From Eledone cirrhosa (lineage: Eukaryota), in NCBI GenBank assembly GCA_964016885.1, contig OZ024742.1:65844001-65908000 (forward strand): a stretch of DNA of 64,000 nt, written 5' to 3'. The position numbers and the translations under genes are program-made. Positions 26,434 to 41,120 of the stretch are shown here, one piece after another. Position 1 is the first letter of the stretch, and each line of letters starts with the position of its first letter. Under the pieces are notes generated by a model. It was not told the origin of the DNA, did no database searches, and was given only the letters and a program-made list of their open reading frames with translations.

Positions 26434-27345
26434 TCTATATATATAAAACTGAGGATGTCTGTCTGTGTGTGTGTGTTTGAATCCCTAAAACTCGAGAAAC
26501 ACCCAACCGACTGTTTTCAAACTTTTACACATGTAATACTTATGTGTCAGGGAGTGTTCTGAGCAAAAAGAATATCAAATTTTCAATGCCCTGGGGACCG
26601 CATTAGGCGATTTCTCTATAATTCTTAGTCTTTCTCTTTTTAGGTAGATACATACATATAATGTCGCGTCCTTATAATATCTGTCTGTATGTCTGGCTGT
26701 CTGCATTACGTCACTTCCCTGAGGATGTCTCTGTGTGTGTGTGGGTGTGTGTCTGTGAATTTGAATCCCTAAAACTCGAGAAATACCCAACTGACTTTTT
26801 TCAAACTTTACATGTGTATTACTTATGTTTCAGGGAGTGTTATGCACATAAATAATTAAACTTTTTGATCCCCTAGGGACCGCATTAGGTGAAAAACTGC
26901 GTTTTTTCAGCTTTTTAGGTTTTTTTAGGCGTTACGTCAAAACCGATTTCTTTGAAATTGTAACTATGTATTAGTCAGTCTCTTCTTCATATCGTGAGCA
27001 AAGAAAATCCAACTTTTTTATGGCCTCGGGCCTGCATTAGGTGAAAAACTTCAGTTTTTTCAGCTTTTTAGGGCTTTTTTCAGGTGTTACGTCTAAGTGA
27101 TTTTCCCGAAATTTTCAAGGCATATTATGCACATAAAAAAAATTTATTTTCTTGATCCTCATTAGGCAAAAACTTGCATTTTTCCTGCTTCATCGAGTAA
27201 AATCTTAAAGAATATCCAGCCATCAGAGTATTCGGTTTATTTTCTTTACATATTGTCCAGGCATGCAATTTTTCCACGATTAAGTCTGTTGGCGGCCCGC
27301 GTTCCAAAATACCTTATCCCGTGTAACGCTAGGTACTACTGCTAG
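26434..27345 (+). mobile_element. Non-autonomous Helitron
   Basis: A^TC 5' end (TCTATATATATAAAACTGAGGATGTCTGTCTGTG), internal tandem duplications, degenerate 3' hairpin then CTAG^T. Confidence 0.7.
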
Positions 27346-27351
27346 TAATAT

Positions 27352-27835
<484 letters not shown>

Positions 27836-27924
27836 TATATATATATAAAAGCGAGGATGTGTGTGTGTCTGTGTACAACTTTGCGTACTTAAGGCTTTTA
27901 CAATTACCAACTGAATATATATAG

Positions 27925-28185
27925 TGAAGGCGCATGGCTTAGTGGTTAGAGCATTGGGCTTGTAATTGAAAGGTTGTGAGTTCAATTCTTGGACCGGATG
28001 ATGAGTTGTTTCCTTGAGCAAGACACTTTATTTCACGTTGCTCCAGTTTACTCAGCTGCAGAAATGAGTACCGGCCTGCTCGCTCAGGATGGCGTTATCT
28101 TATGGCTAAAACAGCACGACGGCCTGTGACCAGCGGCGCCGATTGGCGCCCGACAGACTGGTCGGTCAGGGTGACCAAGGTGATA
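27925..28185 (+). mobile_element. SINE family B
   Basis: GGCGCATGGCTTAGTGGTTAGAGC..GAGTTCAATTC..TCCTTGAGCAAGACACTTTATTTCAC. Confidence 0.8.
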
Positions 28186-28783
28186 TATACCTATATATCA
28201 ACACACGTGTACAACCAAACACATAACTGAAAGTAAAGGAACGCACTCACTCGATGCAACACAACTGCACACACATATAAGCCCCACATATAGGTTCTGA
28301 TGTTGGCCACAGGTACTGTATACACACACTCGTGCACCATTATATACACCTACATGCCCTTCCACTTCAACCCTCCTGATAAGCTGCCCTTCTTTGCTAT
28401 TCCAGCCTATTCTTTCATTTAACGTTTGAAAAATTATACAAATGCTTGTGTATATATAAAGTACCATTTACATCGTATATGATTGTATGTATCTATACAT
28501 ATATGCATAAATGTACAAACACATACGCATATATACATACACTTATATGTTTCTTTGCTTTCGGAGTTCAAATCCCGCCGAGGTCAACTTTGTATTTCAT
28601 CCTTTCGTGGTCAATAAAAAAGTACCAGTCTAGTATTGGGTCGATTCTTCCTGTATATCTCTTTCGCATTTCCTCTCTCTCACTTTCTATCTTTCTCTGG
28701 AAGAAATCTGGTGTACTGGAGAGGGTTGGGTTCCGCCAGGCTTAGAATGCACAAGAAATACGACTCTCCCAGAAGTTACGGGA

Positions 28784-28916
<133 letters not shown>

Positions 28917-29044
28917 AAAGTTTTATTTAAGATTGTTCGGTTACAACGAGTAAATATTTTATAACTGATATAAAAGCACTCAACAGTTTCTGGAGTAGGT
29001 TTACGATATTAAACAAATGGAAACTATATTTATAAAACCATATT

Positions 29045-29110
29045 TATTTCGTTATATATATTTCTGGGATATCATATTAAAAATATGGTATGCCTTCCTC
29101 AGACAAAATA
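29045..29110 (-). ncRNA. Hammerhead ribozyme
   Basis: UAUUUUGU-CUGAGGA-AGG...CCC-A-GAAAU(AUAU)AUA-ACGAAAUA. Confidence 0.7.
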
Positions 29111-30324
29111 CAATACATAAGCTGTTTTATAAATAATTAGTGACATACCTTGTAATAATGCAACTTCCTTTTAAAAAGTTGATTTGGTAGTGAAACTGTT
29201 ATGATAGTTATATAGAAAGAAAACGAAGATGAGAAGAAGAAGATGAAGAGATGTATGTAAATAAAAAAAAGAAGATGCAGAGATGTATACAAAGAAAAAT
29301 AACGGAGCAAGACAGAGATACAAGGAGAGAGAAAAATACATTGATGGGGAAAAACATAGTAGGCTGCTTTTTGACAGATGATCATCGTATATGTGAGAGG
29401 TTAAGGGAAGGGATACAGTTAAATTAGTGTATAGGAGAAAAAGAAAGAAAGATGATATATTTAAAATATATTAAAAATATATTATGGCTCATCCATTTGA
29501 ATTATCAATTTTTATGAATTAGGTATTATAATGTAAATATCAGTATTCATGAATGAGACACATATCCATAATGTGTGAAAAAATGACCACATGCTCAGTT
29601 TAAAAATTCTTAGGTCTATAAGCAAAATCTGAGATAAAACTTCAAACATAAGTATATATGCATTCTCGTGAAAAAAGAGAAGAGAGAAGGTTATCTCAAA
29701 TTCAGGTTGATAAATATAGACGCACATGTGAACCTACGTGATACGCTGCACTGATTCTTATATTTCATGAAAAACTTCAATGCGTTAGAAAAGATTCCAC
29801 CCTACATACTTTTACATACATATATACATATATATAGACACAAAACATATAAGATATACATTAAACATCTAAAATAACATTCAGCCTCACTTGCATGATC
29901 ATCGATCAAGCATAGAGTAGACAACAGATATCAATATTAAAATTAAAATTAAAAACGCCAAGAATATCTTCATCACTCCACAGAGTATCTAGGGACGCAA
30001 GAGAACATAGTATGCCACGCATATCGGTCATAGAATCAGAGTTAAAAGTAAACAAAACCAAAATTGTTCAGCAAGCCTTATTTAGCAGAAATCATTCAAA
30101 ACTTATTCTACAAATGCTCTTATATTTATTATAGAAGTTTATCCAGCTTAAAAATGTATTCAAAAGATTGGAAACAACGCCAATTATAGGGTAGTTTATT
30201 TAATCTCATTAATTATATATTCATGCAGAAAGGTAACAGTCTCACTACCAAATCAACTTTTTAAAAGGAAGTTGCATTATTACAAGGTATGTCACTAATT
30301 ATTTATAAAACAGCTTATGTATTG

Positions 30325-30390
30325 TATTTTGTCTGAGGAAGGCATACCATATTTTTAATATGATATCCCAGAAATATATATAACGAAATA
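30325..30390 (+). ncRNA. Hammerhead ribozyme (inverted copy)
   Basis: Reverse complement of 29045-29110. Confidence 0.7.
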
Positions 30391-30431
30391 AATATGGTTT
30401 TATAAATATAGTTTCCATTTGTTTAATATCG

Positions 30432-30463
<32 letters not shown>

Positions 30464-30807
30464 GATGTATGTATTCTGGGATTGTTTCAGTCAGTATGGA
30501 AGTATCCAATGTGAGTCTGGGCCATATTCTACTGTGGTGATTAACTGTCCTTTTGTGTTTAAGTGGCTATTGTCATACCAGTGAGGCGTGGCAGTCACGC
30601 CATCGTAAACATTGTAATCTTTCTTTGAGACGTTTATATGCAGTATTTTGTGTAAAGGAACATGTATGCGTGACATGTAAAAGAGTATAGTACGTGACAT
30701 GTATTCACGTAGGCCAGTCTTTCCACTTTCATTTGGCGTTTGTATTATTTAAGTTTATTACCTGGTTACTCCATATACTCTATCGTTTCACTTTTAAGGG
30801 TAGTTAG

Positions 30808-32445
30808 TTGTCAGAACTGGTAGAGTGTCAGATAAAATGCAATTGTGGTAGTTGTTCTTTACATTCTGAGATCAAATCCTGCAAATGTAAACTCTGCCTT
30901 TCCCCCTTCGGAGGTCGATAAGATAAGGTATCAATCAAATATTGTGGTTGGTTTAATATGTTGACCCTTTGCCTAAATTAGAAATTTGTAGATTTCAATA
31001 TCTAATTTAAAAGGGCGGTGTATTGACATTTTCATTACAGCGTCTACAAAATGCTTTGTAGTATTTGTTTTCTGAGTTTAAATCCCACTGATACCAGCTT
31101 CACCTTTCCCGTATACTTGCTGGCTTTGTGTTTAAGTGAGAAATCCTATCTCGGTTTATAATATACAAAATGAAAAGAAGTCTCATATATGTATTATGCA
31201 AAAGTTCAGATAATTGAATATACTGTCTTATGCTTCTATTAAAAAATACAATAAATGGTAGCAGGTGTGTGTCCTGTTAGCTTAGTTTACTTTAACTTAC
31301 AGGTGATGTTGTCACAGCATACTTTGTATTCACAGAGACACAAATTCGTATACATATAAACATACTTTGAAATTATATACACCTGTGCCTGTGTCATTGA
31401 TTTTCTCTCTACATTTGAAACCATGTCTCACAACAGGAACTGTCTATTCAACAAATAGGTGTTACAAAAAATGTATACACACTTTGATTATATTTATGTT
31501 GAAGTATGTATACATTTTGGGGGTGGGGGTGGGGACACCCTGTATATTAATCATAACTATATGACGTACTGTCTCTAAATGCCTCACTCCACTGGCAACT
31601 CTCTGTCGCAAGCAATTTCTTTCCCTTGAAGCATGCTGTTTGTGAGAGGCAAATACGTCATTGTCTATTATAATCTCCAACTTTATGTTCTAAGGTCAAG
31701 GATCGTGGATTGGCAGAACGGTTAGGGTATCAAGAAACTGTTTTCAACTATTTATTCCGGGCCTTTGTATTTTCAACTCAAATCCCAGTAAGGTCAACTT
31801 TGCCTTTCCTCCAGCCAGGAGTTAATACAATAAAGTACCTCTGAAGTACTGTATTCGATAACATTGACTTTTCTATTCTCAAAATTGCTAGCCTTGTGCC
31901 AAATATAGAAACCCTCATATTTCACGTGAGAGGATACTAGCAGGCCGCACTCATTTGTAGAGGCAAATTAGCGTGGTCTGAGAATTGAGATACAGTGAGT
32001 CACGGTAACATTCATAAGAAGAAAGAGGTGACTGGATCGAATGACGCAATGTAGAGACTGCACTCTGCTAGCTGATTCAGAAATGTTGATCTTGTTAAAT
32101 GAAACCGCTTAGAGGTGAACTTGGGTCAATTTGTGAATTGCTGCAGAACGTTGCCATACACACATATATAATACTCCAATATAATCTCAATTGAACCATT
32201 TAGATATTAGCAACTATTGGGGGCTGAATTCGTTTCTAGTGCTGAATATAAATTGTAGTCTTTTTGTAATTGTTGATACTATATTTCGGTTCAGATCATT
32301 TCTGATCGAGGTAGCAAATTGGCAAATTCGGTAGAACGTCGGATAGAATGTCTTGCAGTATTTGTTCAGGTTCTCTGTGATCTGATTTCAAATCCCGCCG
32401 AGATCAACTTAACATTTCAGGCTTTAGAGGTCGATAAAATATAGC
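30808..32445 (+). mobile_element. Several old degenerate SINE family A copies (about 30808-30985, 31705-31910, 32310-32445)
   Basis: TCAAATCC..AACT.TGCCTTTC..GTCGATAA motifs. Confidence 0.55.
31455..31545. mobile_element. Tc1/mariner-type MITE
   Basis: CAAAAAATGTATACACACT..GTATACATTTTG..GGACACCCTGTA; same family at 44114-44218. Confidence 0.55.
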
Positions 32446-33344
32446 AGTCTCCAACTGATTACTCACATAGTTTCAAGACCGGCAATTGTTTCTGTTTTGA
32501 AATGATACAAAAGAATTATATATAAGATCAGATCGCTGAGTGCCTGTTCTGTGTTCTATTATAATACACTTTTCAGCCTAAGCTCACCACAGTTTTCCTT
32601 CATATTACATTGAGCAACACGGTTTCTTTTTTACTAAGGAGCTTTGGAAACGAAAAAGCTTCGAAAAACTTGTCATGTCTTTCACATAGGGACTGAACAA
32701 CAATTTATATTTCTTCGCCACTACTACTTCAGGAAACCAACTAAAATGTACATTGACACATGCTACTAGGCTCATCTCTTCAAACTCCCAGAAAGGTATA
32801 CTGATATCTCCATACGTGCAAATACGTACATAAGCAGAAACTAACACAATTTCAGATCACGTCTCCGATAGTGCATTTCCAACATTTCTGACCTGCACAC
32901 ACATGCACTATCCTTTACTCAGAAATCATATCTATCCATTACATTCAATCCTTCCACATTTCTATTATAGATACTGTATAACTCTCTTCCGCCGATATTT
33001 CTCATTCCCTTACAGGAACTATATTCCTAATTACAATATTTCCGTGAGAATGATTGTTTTGTTTCACCCCATTCACAAGTACTGGTCAGTACAGATGTCA
33101 AAAGGTTGAAAGACAGTATGGATTTATAAATTGAAACGTAAACGAAGATAACCAGCTGCTGTTTTAAAGTAAGATGATATACGTGTAAACGCTCGATATG
33201 TAAACCACAGGTGATAACAATTCATAAAAATATTATAATGATGTGTACTAGAAGAATATAAAAAAATGAAACTGAGCAAATTAGATTATATGAATTTAAA
33301 AACAACGGTAACAGCAGTAACAATAAAAAATAATAATAATGATT

Positions 33345-33480
33345 CGTTTTAGCATTGGCACAAAGACAGCAATTTAAGGGAAGTGAAAAGTCGATTATAT
33401 CGAGCGTGGAACGTAGAACGTAAAGAGCCGGAAAAAATACTGCTAAGCATTTGTGCGATGGTCTATCGACTCTGCCAACC
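33345..33480 (-). mobile_element. SINE family A, internally deleted
   Basis: GGCACAAAGACAGCAATTT..GACTCTGCCAA. Confidence 0.5.
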
Positions 33481-35214
33481 ATCACCATAATCACAACAAC
33501 AATAATTATAATAATTATTTATATTTATAGTTACAATGGTATATTATAAAGCCGAAATCGAAAAGGTAAGAGTGACTGGGAACTGATTTTCATCGAAAAA
33601 AAAATTGAGAAATAGATAACAATAAATATCAATAAAAATATATAATGGTCCAAATAGTGAGCCGCGAGATTTAAATATGTGTGCCGCGAAACAGCAAGAT
33701 TTCATTTCAGAAAGTGAAAAATATAAATTGAAATTACTAATAAAATTCATACGTAAAAGTAGGGAATCGACTAAATTATGAATGGAAAGTGGCGAAAAAA
33801 TATTAAGCCCATCTCCCAAATATTTCATTTATTGACTAGAGATGGAATTAGAAATACATTTTTCTGTATTTCTAATTATCTATATTACTACATTATGCTA
33901 CGATAATATGTATAAAGTCCGCTTTTGAAGACATATTCGAATTTCGGTAAAAATGCGCAGTGAGTAAAGAACTTCGGTAAACATGAAATCACAAGACAGG
34001 ATCCCGATGAAAAAGGAAACATCATAGAGTGATTCGGTGCACTTCTGTTACAACTAGAGATAACAACTGACGTGGAATACTTAAGTCTGATTACACAGAG
34101 CTAGTTGTCCGTAGTGATAAAATGTGCTATAGTGACAATCAACTGGCATTGAATTTAAAACAAATATACATAGAAATATAAAACATTGTGTAAACGTAGC
34201 CGATGGCAACTTCTTTTTCCTTTTTTTATGGGCCCTCACCATATTCTGTATGCTATTTTCTAGAATCTTCTAGAATCGTGAGCACATCATTATTTATGCA
34301 TATATACACACAGATACATACACATACACAAACACACACACACACGCACACACACATACACACATATGTATATATGGCAACATTGAGGACCGAGTAAGTT
34401 AGATCGCAGATATAAAAGACAGCGAGAAGCGAAAACCAACAAAACAGTGAGTGTGTTCTGTTATTAATTCTGGCAATATTACGCAAATATGACCCTCCCC
34501 AAGTATATAAATATATATATATATATATAAATAGTATTAATTATACTATTTATGGTTATGTAAATACAAAAACCTTTTGCAGTTATATATATTTTTTTAT
34601 ACAAACCCTAAATAGTGGTAGGTAGTAATATATTACTACCTTATTACCAGTAAGTTAAGTAGCTCAATGTAAAAACATCAGATGATTTACAGAGCAGGTA
34701 TATGAAATATAAGAATCAAAGAACTGTTCAAAACATTTTTGTGCTTACAATCATATAAAGAATTTGCCACCAGATCAACCAACCTAACACCCTTGTTTAC
34801 CTACCTAAGTTCTTCTACTACACGTAACTCTCTGCCACACTATATAAACAAGACGCACGTGCTTGCCACACATATAACATTTGCACTATATACCCGCTTA
34901 TTTTCATGTTGTATTTTAACCTGTATTTTTGATTGTACCTTTTAATATGAATGTAATCTCTAAGTGTGTACTGCCACTCTAAATGCTGTAATGAATGTTG
35001 ACCCACAATATTTGCATATGTATCGATATGTCTCTTGGCTGAAAAGGAGGTCATATAACTGTCCATTCATTAATAAATTGCTCCGAAGAATCCAAACCTC
35101 GGTTTGGAGGAAACAGTTGTAAGCACAAATATGTTTTGAACAGTTCTTTGATTCTTATATTTCATATATATATATAAATATATATATGTAAATATATATA
35201 TACATATACATATA

Positions 35215-35270
35215 CAGAGAGAAAGAAAGAGAGAGAGAGAAATAGAGATATAAAGAGAGAGAGAGAGAGG

Positions 35271-35352
<82 letters not shown>
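35215..35352. repeat. (GA)n microsatellite
   Basis: Direct reading. Confidence 0.95.
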
Positions 35353-35357
<5 letters not shown>

Positions 35358-35597
35358 AAGAGTCGAAGTCAATGTTGCAGCATATGTACAAACTTTATTT
35401 GCATATTACAATTGTCTTGATATCGATCAGCTCACAGTACAATCAAGGTGACGGGACCCGACTCTTTTTCAACATCTCACATATCTGACACTCTGCACAC
35501 TACAGCTGTAACACTGGAATACAACCCTATCGAAACGGACCTCATAACAGTATCTCTTGCTTCGATCGGTGCGCCGCGCCTGTTCCTGTTGTTAACT

Positions 35598-35969
<372 letters not shown>

Positions 35970-36256
35970 TATACATATATTCACGAAATTTTAATGCCAG
36001 AAGCTTTACATTGCTTGCTCCAGCTATTTGCACACTTAGCGCAACTCCATCGATGAAATGCCAATGTGTTAAAAGTATTCACACAATTTGTTTTAAGACT
36101 AGCATCAGGTGATAGTTAGTATCTAATTGAGGCCACTGTGTTGCAGATAGGCGCGGCATTATTTCTGTTTAAAAATACTTTTACCGACCCCAATTAGATT
36201 TTGGAGCAATGAAATGTTCATCGGCACTACACATTCCTCGCTAACTAAACGCTATA

Positions 36257-36389
<133 letters not shown>

Positions 36390-36544
36390 AGCGTGCACGT
36401 GTGATTATACGCGTATATATATGCATAGCTCTCAGAGCACTCAGTCCGAGGGAGGAGTTGTAATATAAAATCTTGAGTTAAATTCATCACATTTGTATGC
36501 GTAATACGCGCATTTCGATGAGGAATTTTGTTATTCCGCAGGTA

Positions 36545-36698
36545 GTCAGTTCGACATCTTTGTTATGGATATCAAGTAAGAGTTACTCCCGCCCCTTAAC
36601 AAACTGACAATCGAATCCCCTAAGTTATCTGCCCTTTCATAAGAACTCTCTATTAGAATTTTAATCCTGATATCCATAACAAAGATGTGGAACTGACT
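36545..36698. repeat. Inverted repeat, MITE-like
   Basis: AGTCAGTTCGACATCTTTGTTATGGATATCA vs TGATATCCATAACAAAGATGTGGAACTGACT. Confidence 0.7.
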
Positions 36699-36789
36699 TT
36701 TTGCAACGATCGTAAATGCACGTATTCGATATTGTAACAGATGGAATAATAATGATTATCAAGTAAAATCCGTAACTAGCAATTTTAAT

Positions 36790-37030
36790 ATTTAGGAGGT
36801 TATATCCCATAAATTAAGGAGGGTTTTAATGTAAGGAAAGGAATGGCATAGGCTGCAATAAATCTGTTAGACAAAAGAAGGAAGTTTAACATGGATAGAA
36901 AACTGAAACGTAGATTTTTCTGATCAATTGTAGAAAGTATTCTGCTATATAACTCAGAATCTTGGGCCCTAAGAGAAAACCTAGAAATTAAAACAGATTG
37001 ATTTTATAATAGGCTATTGAGAAGATTGTT
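36790..37030 (+). mobile_element. RTE-like LINE RT C-terminal remnant
   Basis: RKGMA*AA..KLKRRFF*SIVESILLYNSESWAL. Confidence 0.6.
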
Positions 37031-37660
37031 TAACATAGACTAGAAATATAGTCTATAGCATAAGATGTACAGAGGGTACTTGCAGAAATATGACAACGAC
37101 ATACATAGGTGAGACAGCTCGAAGAATAGGAGAAAGAATAGACCAGCACTGGGGAACAAAAAGCACAAAAAACAAAATACAAAAACAAAAACCAAAAACG
37201 GTTCAGTACTATATGACATGACGCTAATATAGAAAACATAGAAATTAGAATAATATCTAAGCATAGAAATGACTCAACAGGTAGGCAAATCAGAGAAGCA
37301 ACTGAGATAGAACTAAGAAGACCGAAGTTGAACAGAACGAACGAATAGAATAAGAACAACCATACCCTAACAAACAATACTGACTTAAGGGAAATAGAAA
37401 TAAATAAATAATTAAATATATACACAAGTACAATAACAACAAACACATATAAACAGACACTAGTGGTCAAAGATAGAATACAAAGACAAAAACACATACA
37501 CTCAAACGCGAACACACACACCAAACATTATACAAACACGCAAACGCATGCGCAGAGACAGAGACACGTACAAAAAATGGCGTAGACATTATAGTACAAT
37601 GGGAGGAAACATAATAGTACCACTGATGATGTCGCAGATATGCGACGAAAGAACTTTGGT

Positions 37661-37667
<7 letters not shown>
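37030..37667 (+). mobile_element. PLE 3' fragment, same family as 14775-16151
   Basis: TRNIVYSIRCTEGTCRNMTTTYIGETARRIGERIDQHW; HHR at end. Confidence 0.8.
37614..37667 (+). ncRNA. Hammerhead ribozyme of PLE pLTR
   Basis: AUAG-UACCA-CUGAUGA-U-GUCGCA(GAUA)UGCGAC-GAAAG(AA)CUU-UGGUA-ga-CUAU. Confidence 0.75.
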
Positions 37668-37696
<29 letters not shown>

Positions 37697-37698
<2 letters not shown>

Positions 37699-38945
37699 CT
37701 CCATCCCCCACCCTCCTTCGCCTCGCCGAGCTGGTCCTCACCCTCAACTGTTTCTCCTTCTCGGGACGAGTTTTACCAACAGGTCACGGGCGTAGCCATG
37801 GGTACAAGAATGGGCCCAAACTATGCCAACCTTTTTGTTGGCCATGTTGAGGCCCAAATCTTTGCCCAGTACACCGGCCCCACGCCCGAACTGTACGGTC
37901 GTTACATCGACGACTGGATCGGAGCCACGACCCTCACCCGAGAACAGCTCGACTCCTTTCTCTCCTTCTTCTTCTCCTTCCACGCCTCCCTCCACTTCAC
38001 CACCTCTATCTCCACCACTCACGTCCACTTCTTAGACATCTCCGTCGCCTTCAACCCCTCCCACCGCTCCCTCGTCACCTCCACCTTCTTCAAACCCACC
38101 GACTCCCACTCCTACCTCACACTCTATTCCCTACTCCCAACTCCTCAGGATCCGCCGCCTCTGTAGCCGAGATGCTGACTTTGAGTCCCAGGCCCTTTCC
38201 CTAGTCAGCCATTTCATCCGCAGAGGTTACCCCCCTCCCCCCCTCTCGTCCACACCGCTCTCACCAGCGCCCATGCTATCCACGGCTCCACCACCCTCAC
38301 CCCACGCCACCGCACACCCACCCACCGTCTCCCCTTCCCCATCAACTACCACCCCTCCACCATATCTCTCCACCGCACCATCCTCCGCCTCTTCCTCCGC
38401 CACCAATCCGACCCCTCCACCTCCCACATCTTCCCAGCCCCACCACTCCCCTCCTTCAAACGCGCACGCAATCTCCGCACTCTCCTCGTCCACAGCTCCC
38501 TACCCCCCAACCCACGCTCTCCTTCCCCCCCGGTTCCCTTCCCTGTTCCAGGCCCCGCTGCAACATCTGTCCCCACATCACCAACACCACCACCTTCCAG
38601 GGTCCCAACGGCCACTCTCTCTCTGTCCGGCATGCCTTCCGCTGCACCTCCTACAACCTAGTCTACGGACTTCGCTGCACGGAGTGCATCGCGACCTACG
38701 TCGGACAGATTGGACGTCGCCTGGCGGACAGGTTTACTGAACACCTCCGAGATATTCGTCTCGGTGGTAGTTCCCCCATCGCCCGCCACTTTGGTGCCCC
38801 TGGACATTCCGCACACCCCCTCACAGTCTGTGGCCTACTCCAATGCCACGGAACACCCGCCACTCTCCTCAGGGTCGAACAACGAACCATCTTCCCCCTA
38901 CAGACCCACACTCCCCCCGGCATGAACTCCCCACCCTTATTCCTT
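37697..38945 (+). pseudogene. PLE reverse transcriptase plus GIY-YIG endonuclease, frameshifted
   Basis: RT motifs incl. YIDD in ORF 37798-38166; GIY-YIG pieces at about 38630-38930. Confidence 0.85.
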
Positions 38946-40431
38946 TAGCCTTCGACCGCCCCCTCCCCCCACACATATCCCCCACTAACACACCCCTCCT
39001 TTCACCGCCCACCCCACAACTAACAATACTAACACCTCCACCCCACACCCGACCACCCTTCCTCAACTAACATACTAACATCCCTCCCTTCTTCTCCCCC
39101 TCCTTATCACACGCACACACCCACCGGTACATATATACACGCGCTCACACTAAACACACAACCTACTACCACCACTGACCCTCACCCCCACACATCCACC
39201 CCACCACCCGGCAACTAACATCACTAACACCCCCGACCCCAAGCACACGAACACACACCCACTTACGCCACCCACTCTACACGCAACTAACATCACTAAC
39301 ACCCCCAACCCTACGCACACGAACATACACACCCTCTTACACCACCCACTCTACACACCCTACCACCACTGACCCCCACTCACACCCGCATTCAACCCTT
39401 TCCCCACCTCAGTATACTAACAACCACTAACACCCCCTTCACCACACACACCCTCATCCAAACACGCACACACACACCAGTACACTACACTCTCTGCATC
39501 GGCCCCCACACCCTTCTCTCCCCGCTCCACCCACACCCTTTCTCACACACACACACATCCCACTAACACCTCTACTAATACACCTCCCTCACTCCAACTT
39601 TCACACCTACCCATCCTCTCCCCTGTCCACCGCACCTCCGCACACACTGACACACCGACTTTCTTCACTTACCATTCTACCCGACTGCTGCTATGCCCTT
39701 ATCTCTGACCACCTCCCCGCACACACAGACACACAACCCTCCCCCTGCCTTGACCCTCTGACCACTTCCTGTTGCGCGCGCACCCCACATCTCCCCTCTA
39801 CCGACCAATCTCTTCACGGATTACACATATGTGAACATCGATCCCTAGAATCCACCACATCCCAAGGATATTACTCAGCATTCCACCACATCCTCTACGG
39901 AACTACCTTAAGGACTCACCCACTGACATACACTCCAAAAAAAAATATTCCCCACACGCCACCTACATCCACAACACGCATAAACACCACACACACACGT
40001 GCGTACCACCACATATTTACACACTCAGTCTCCGGAATCCTCTCCCCCCACCCTTCTGACCCCTCCCCAACCGCACACGCACACACACTCCGACCTACAC
40101 CCCACCCCACACACACCTCTTCCTGAACATGCAATCCCGTTCTTCCCCCAACTCTTACTTTCACACACACACACGTACACCTACACACACACACCACCTT
40201 CAGCCCTCCCCGCTCGGACACCCCGCCTCCGTCTCCCCACTCCACCCGCCACCACCCCTACACGCCCTACACCCTTCCACCACCTGTTTTACTTCATGTG
40301 TATTTTTATTTTTATTTTTATCATGTTTTTATATTTAATTCATTTGTACCGTTTCCTCTCACCCCTTTTTTTCTATATGTCTCTCCACCACTCCGCTACA
40401 CACCCTTGGAACTCTCTTCCCACACACTTTT

Positions 40432-40463
40432 CACCTGAAGAAGGGCTTTGCCCGAAACGTCGT
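40432..40463 (+). ncRNA. Minimal PLE-type hammerhead ribozyme
   Basis: AC-CUGAAGA-A-GGGC(UUU)GCCC-GAAAC-GUC-GU. Confidence 0.75.
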
Positions 40464-40549
40464 TCCCCACCACCACCCTACTCTCAAGAGCGTGAAACTA
40501 ATAAACCTTTGTTCGTACTGCCTCCCTGTTTTGTTCCCGTTCAATTTTT

Positions 40550-40583
<34 letters not shown>

Positions 40584-40617
40584 AGATTTGAATGGATACA
40601 GTTTAGTTGAAAGGAAT

Positions 40618-40737
40618 TTATTGACACGTGTTTCTATAACAGTTACATAACCTAAAACAGCTGCTATCTACAAACTTTTAGTTATGCAGACATTCAATAT
40701 TTCAATGTTATTATTTACTGTCATTTCATCAGAATAA
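40618..40737 (-). ncRNA. Hammerhead with very long stem II (inverted copy)
   Basis: Reverse complement of 40813-40932. Confidence 0.7.
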
Positions 40738-40812
40738 TATTACTGAGGACCTATTTAGTTTTTATATTCTCTTTAATATTCTCTATAAAAACTAAATAGG
40801 TCCTCAGTAATA

Positions 40813-40932
40813 TTATTCTGATGAAATGACAGTAAATAATAACATTGAAATATTGAATGTCTGCATAACTAAAAGTTTGTAGATAGCAGCTGTTTTAGGT
40901 TATGTAACTGTTATAGAAACACGTGTCAATAA
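40813..40932 (+). ncRNA. Hammerhead with very long stem II
   Basis: UUAUU-CUGAUGA-A-AUGACAGU...ACUGUUAU-A-GAAAC(ACGU)GUC-AAUAA. Confidence 0.75.
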
Positions 40933-41079
40933 ATTCCTTTCAACTAAACTGTATCCATTCAAATCTTTCTATTTTTCTCCGGATTACTTTTGGAACTACA
41001 ACTGGAACCGTCGAGCAAACTCTACGTGAGCTGATAATCTACTGTGTGTAATATTTATATTACAACACAACGGAAAATA

Positions 41080-41120
<41 letters not shown>

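Larger units (their letters stand above)
37694..40552 (+). mobile_element. C-rich Penelope-like element (RT, GIY-YIG, long spacer, pLTR), 5' truncated
   Basis: TLLRLAELVLTLNCFSF, GVAMGTRMGPNYANLFVG, YGRYIDD, FLDISV, FKPTDSHSYL, then cysteine linker and YVGQIGRRLADRFTEH; HHR and AATAAA; TA flanks. Confidence 0.9.
40579..41082. mobile_element. Fold-back HHR element
   Basis: 40579-40765 is a near-perfect reverse complement of 40785-40972. Confidence 0.85.

Noticed and set aside
30491-30700. Non-repetitive 69-aa ORF, possible host exon
   Set aside because: No recognisable domain or convincing splice pair; would need BLASTx or RNA-seq
40818-40915. Possible SECIS inside the enlarged HHR loop
   Set aside because: AUGA..AA..GA present but helix II pairing and length are unconvincing; no linked UGA-containing ORF
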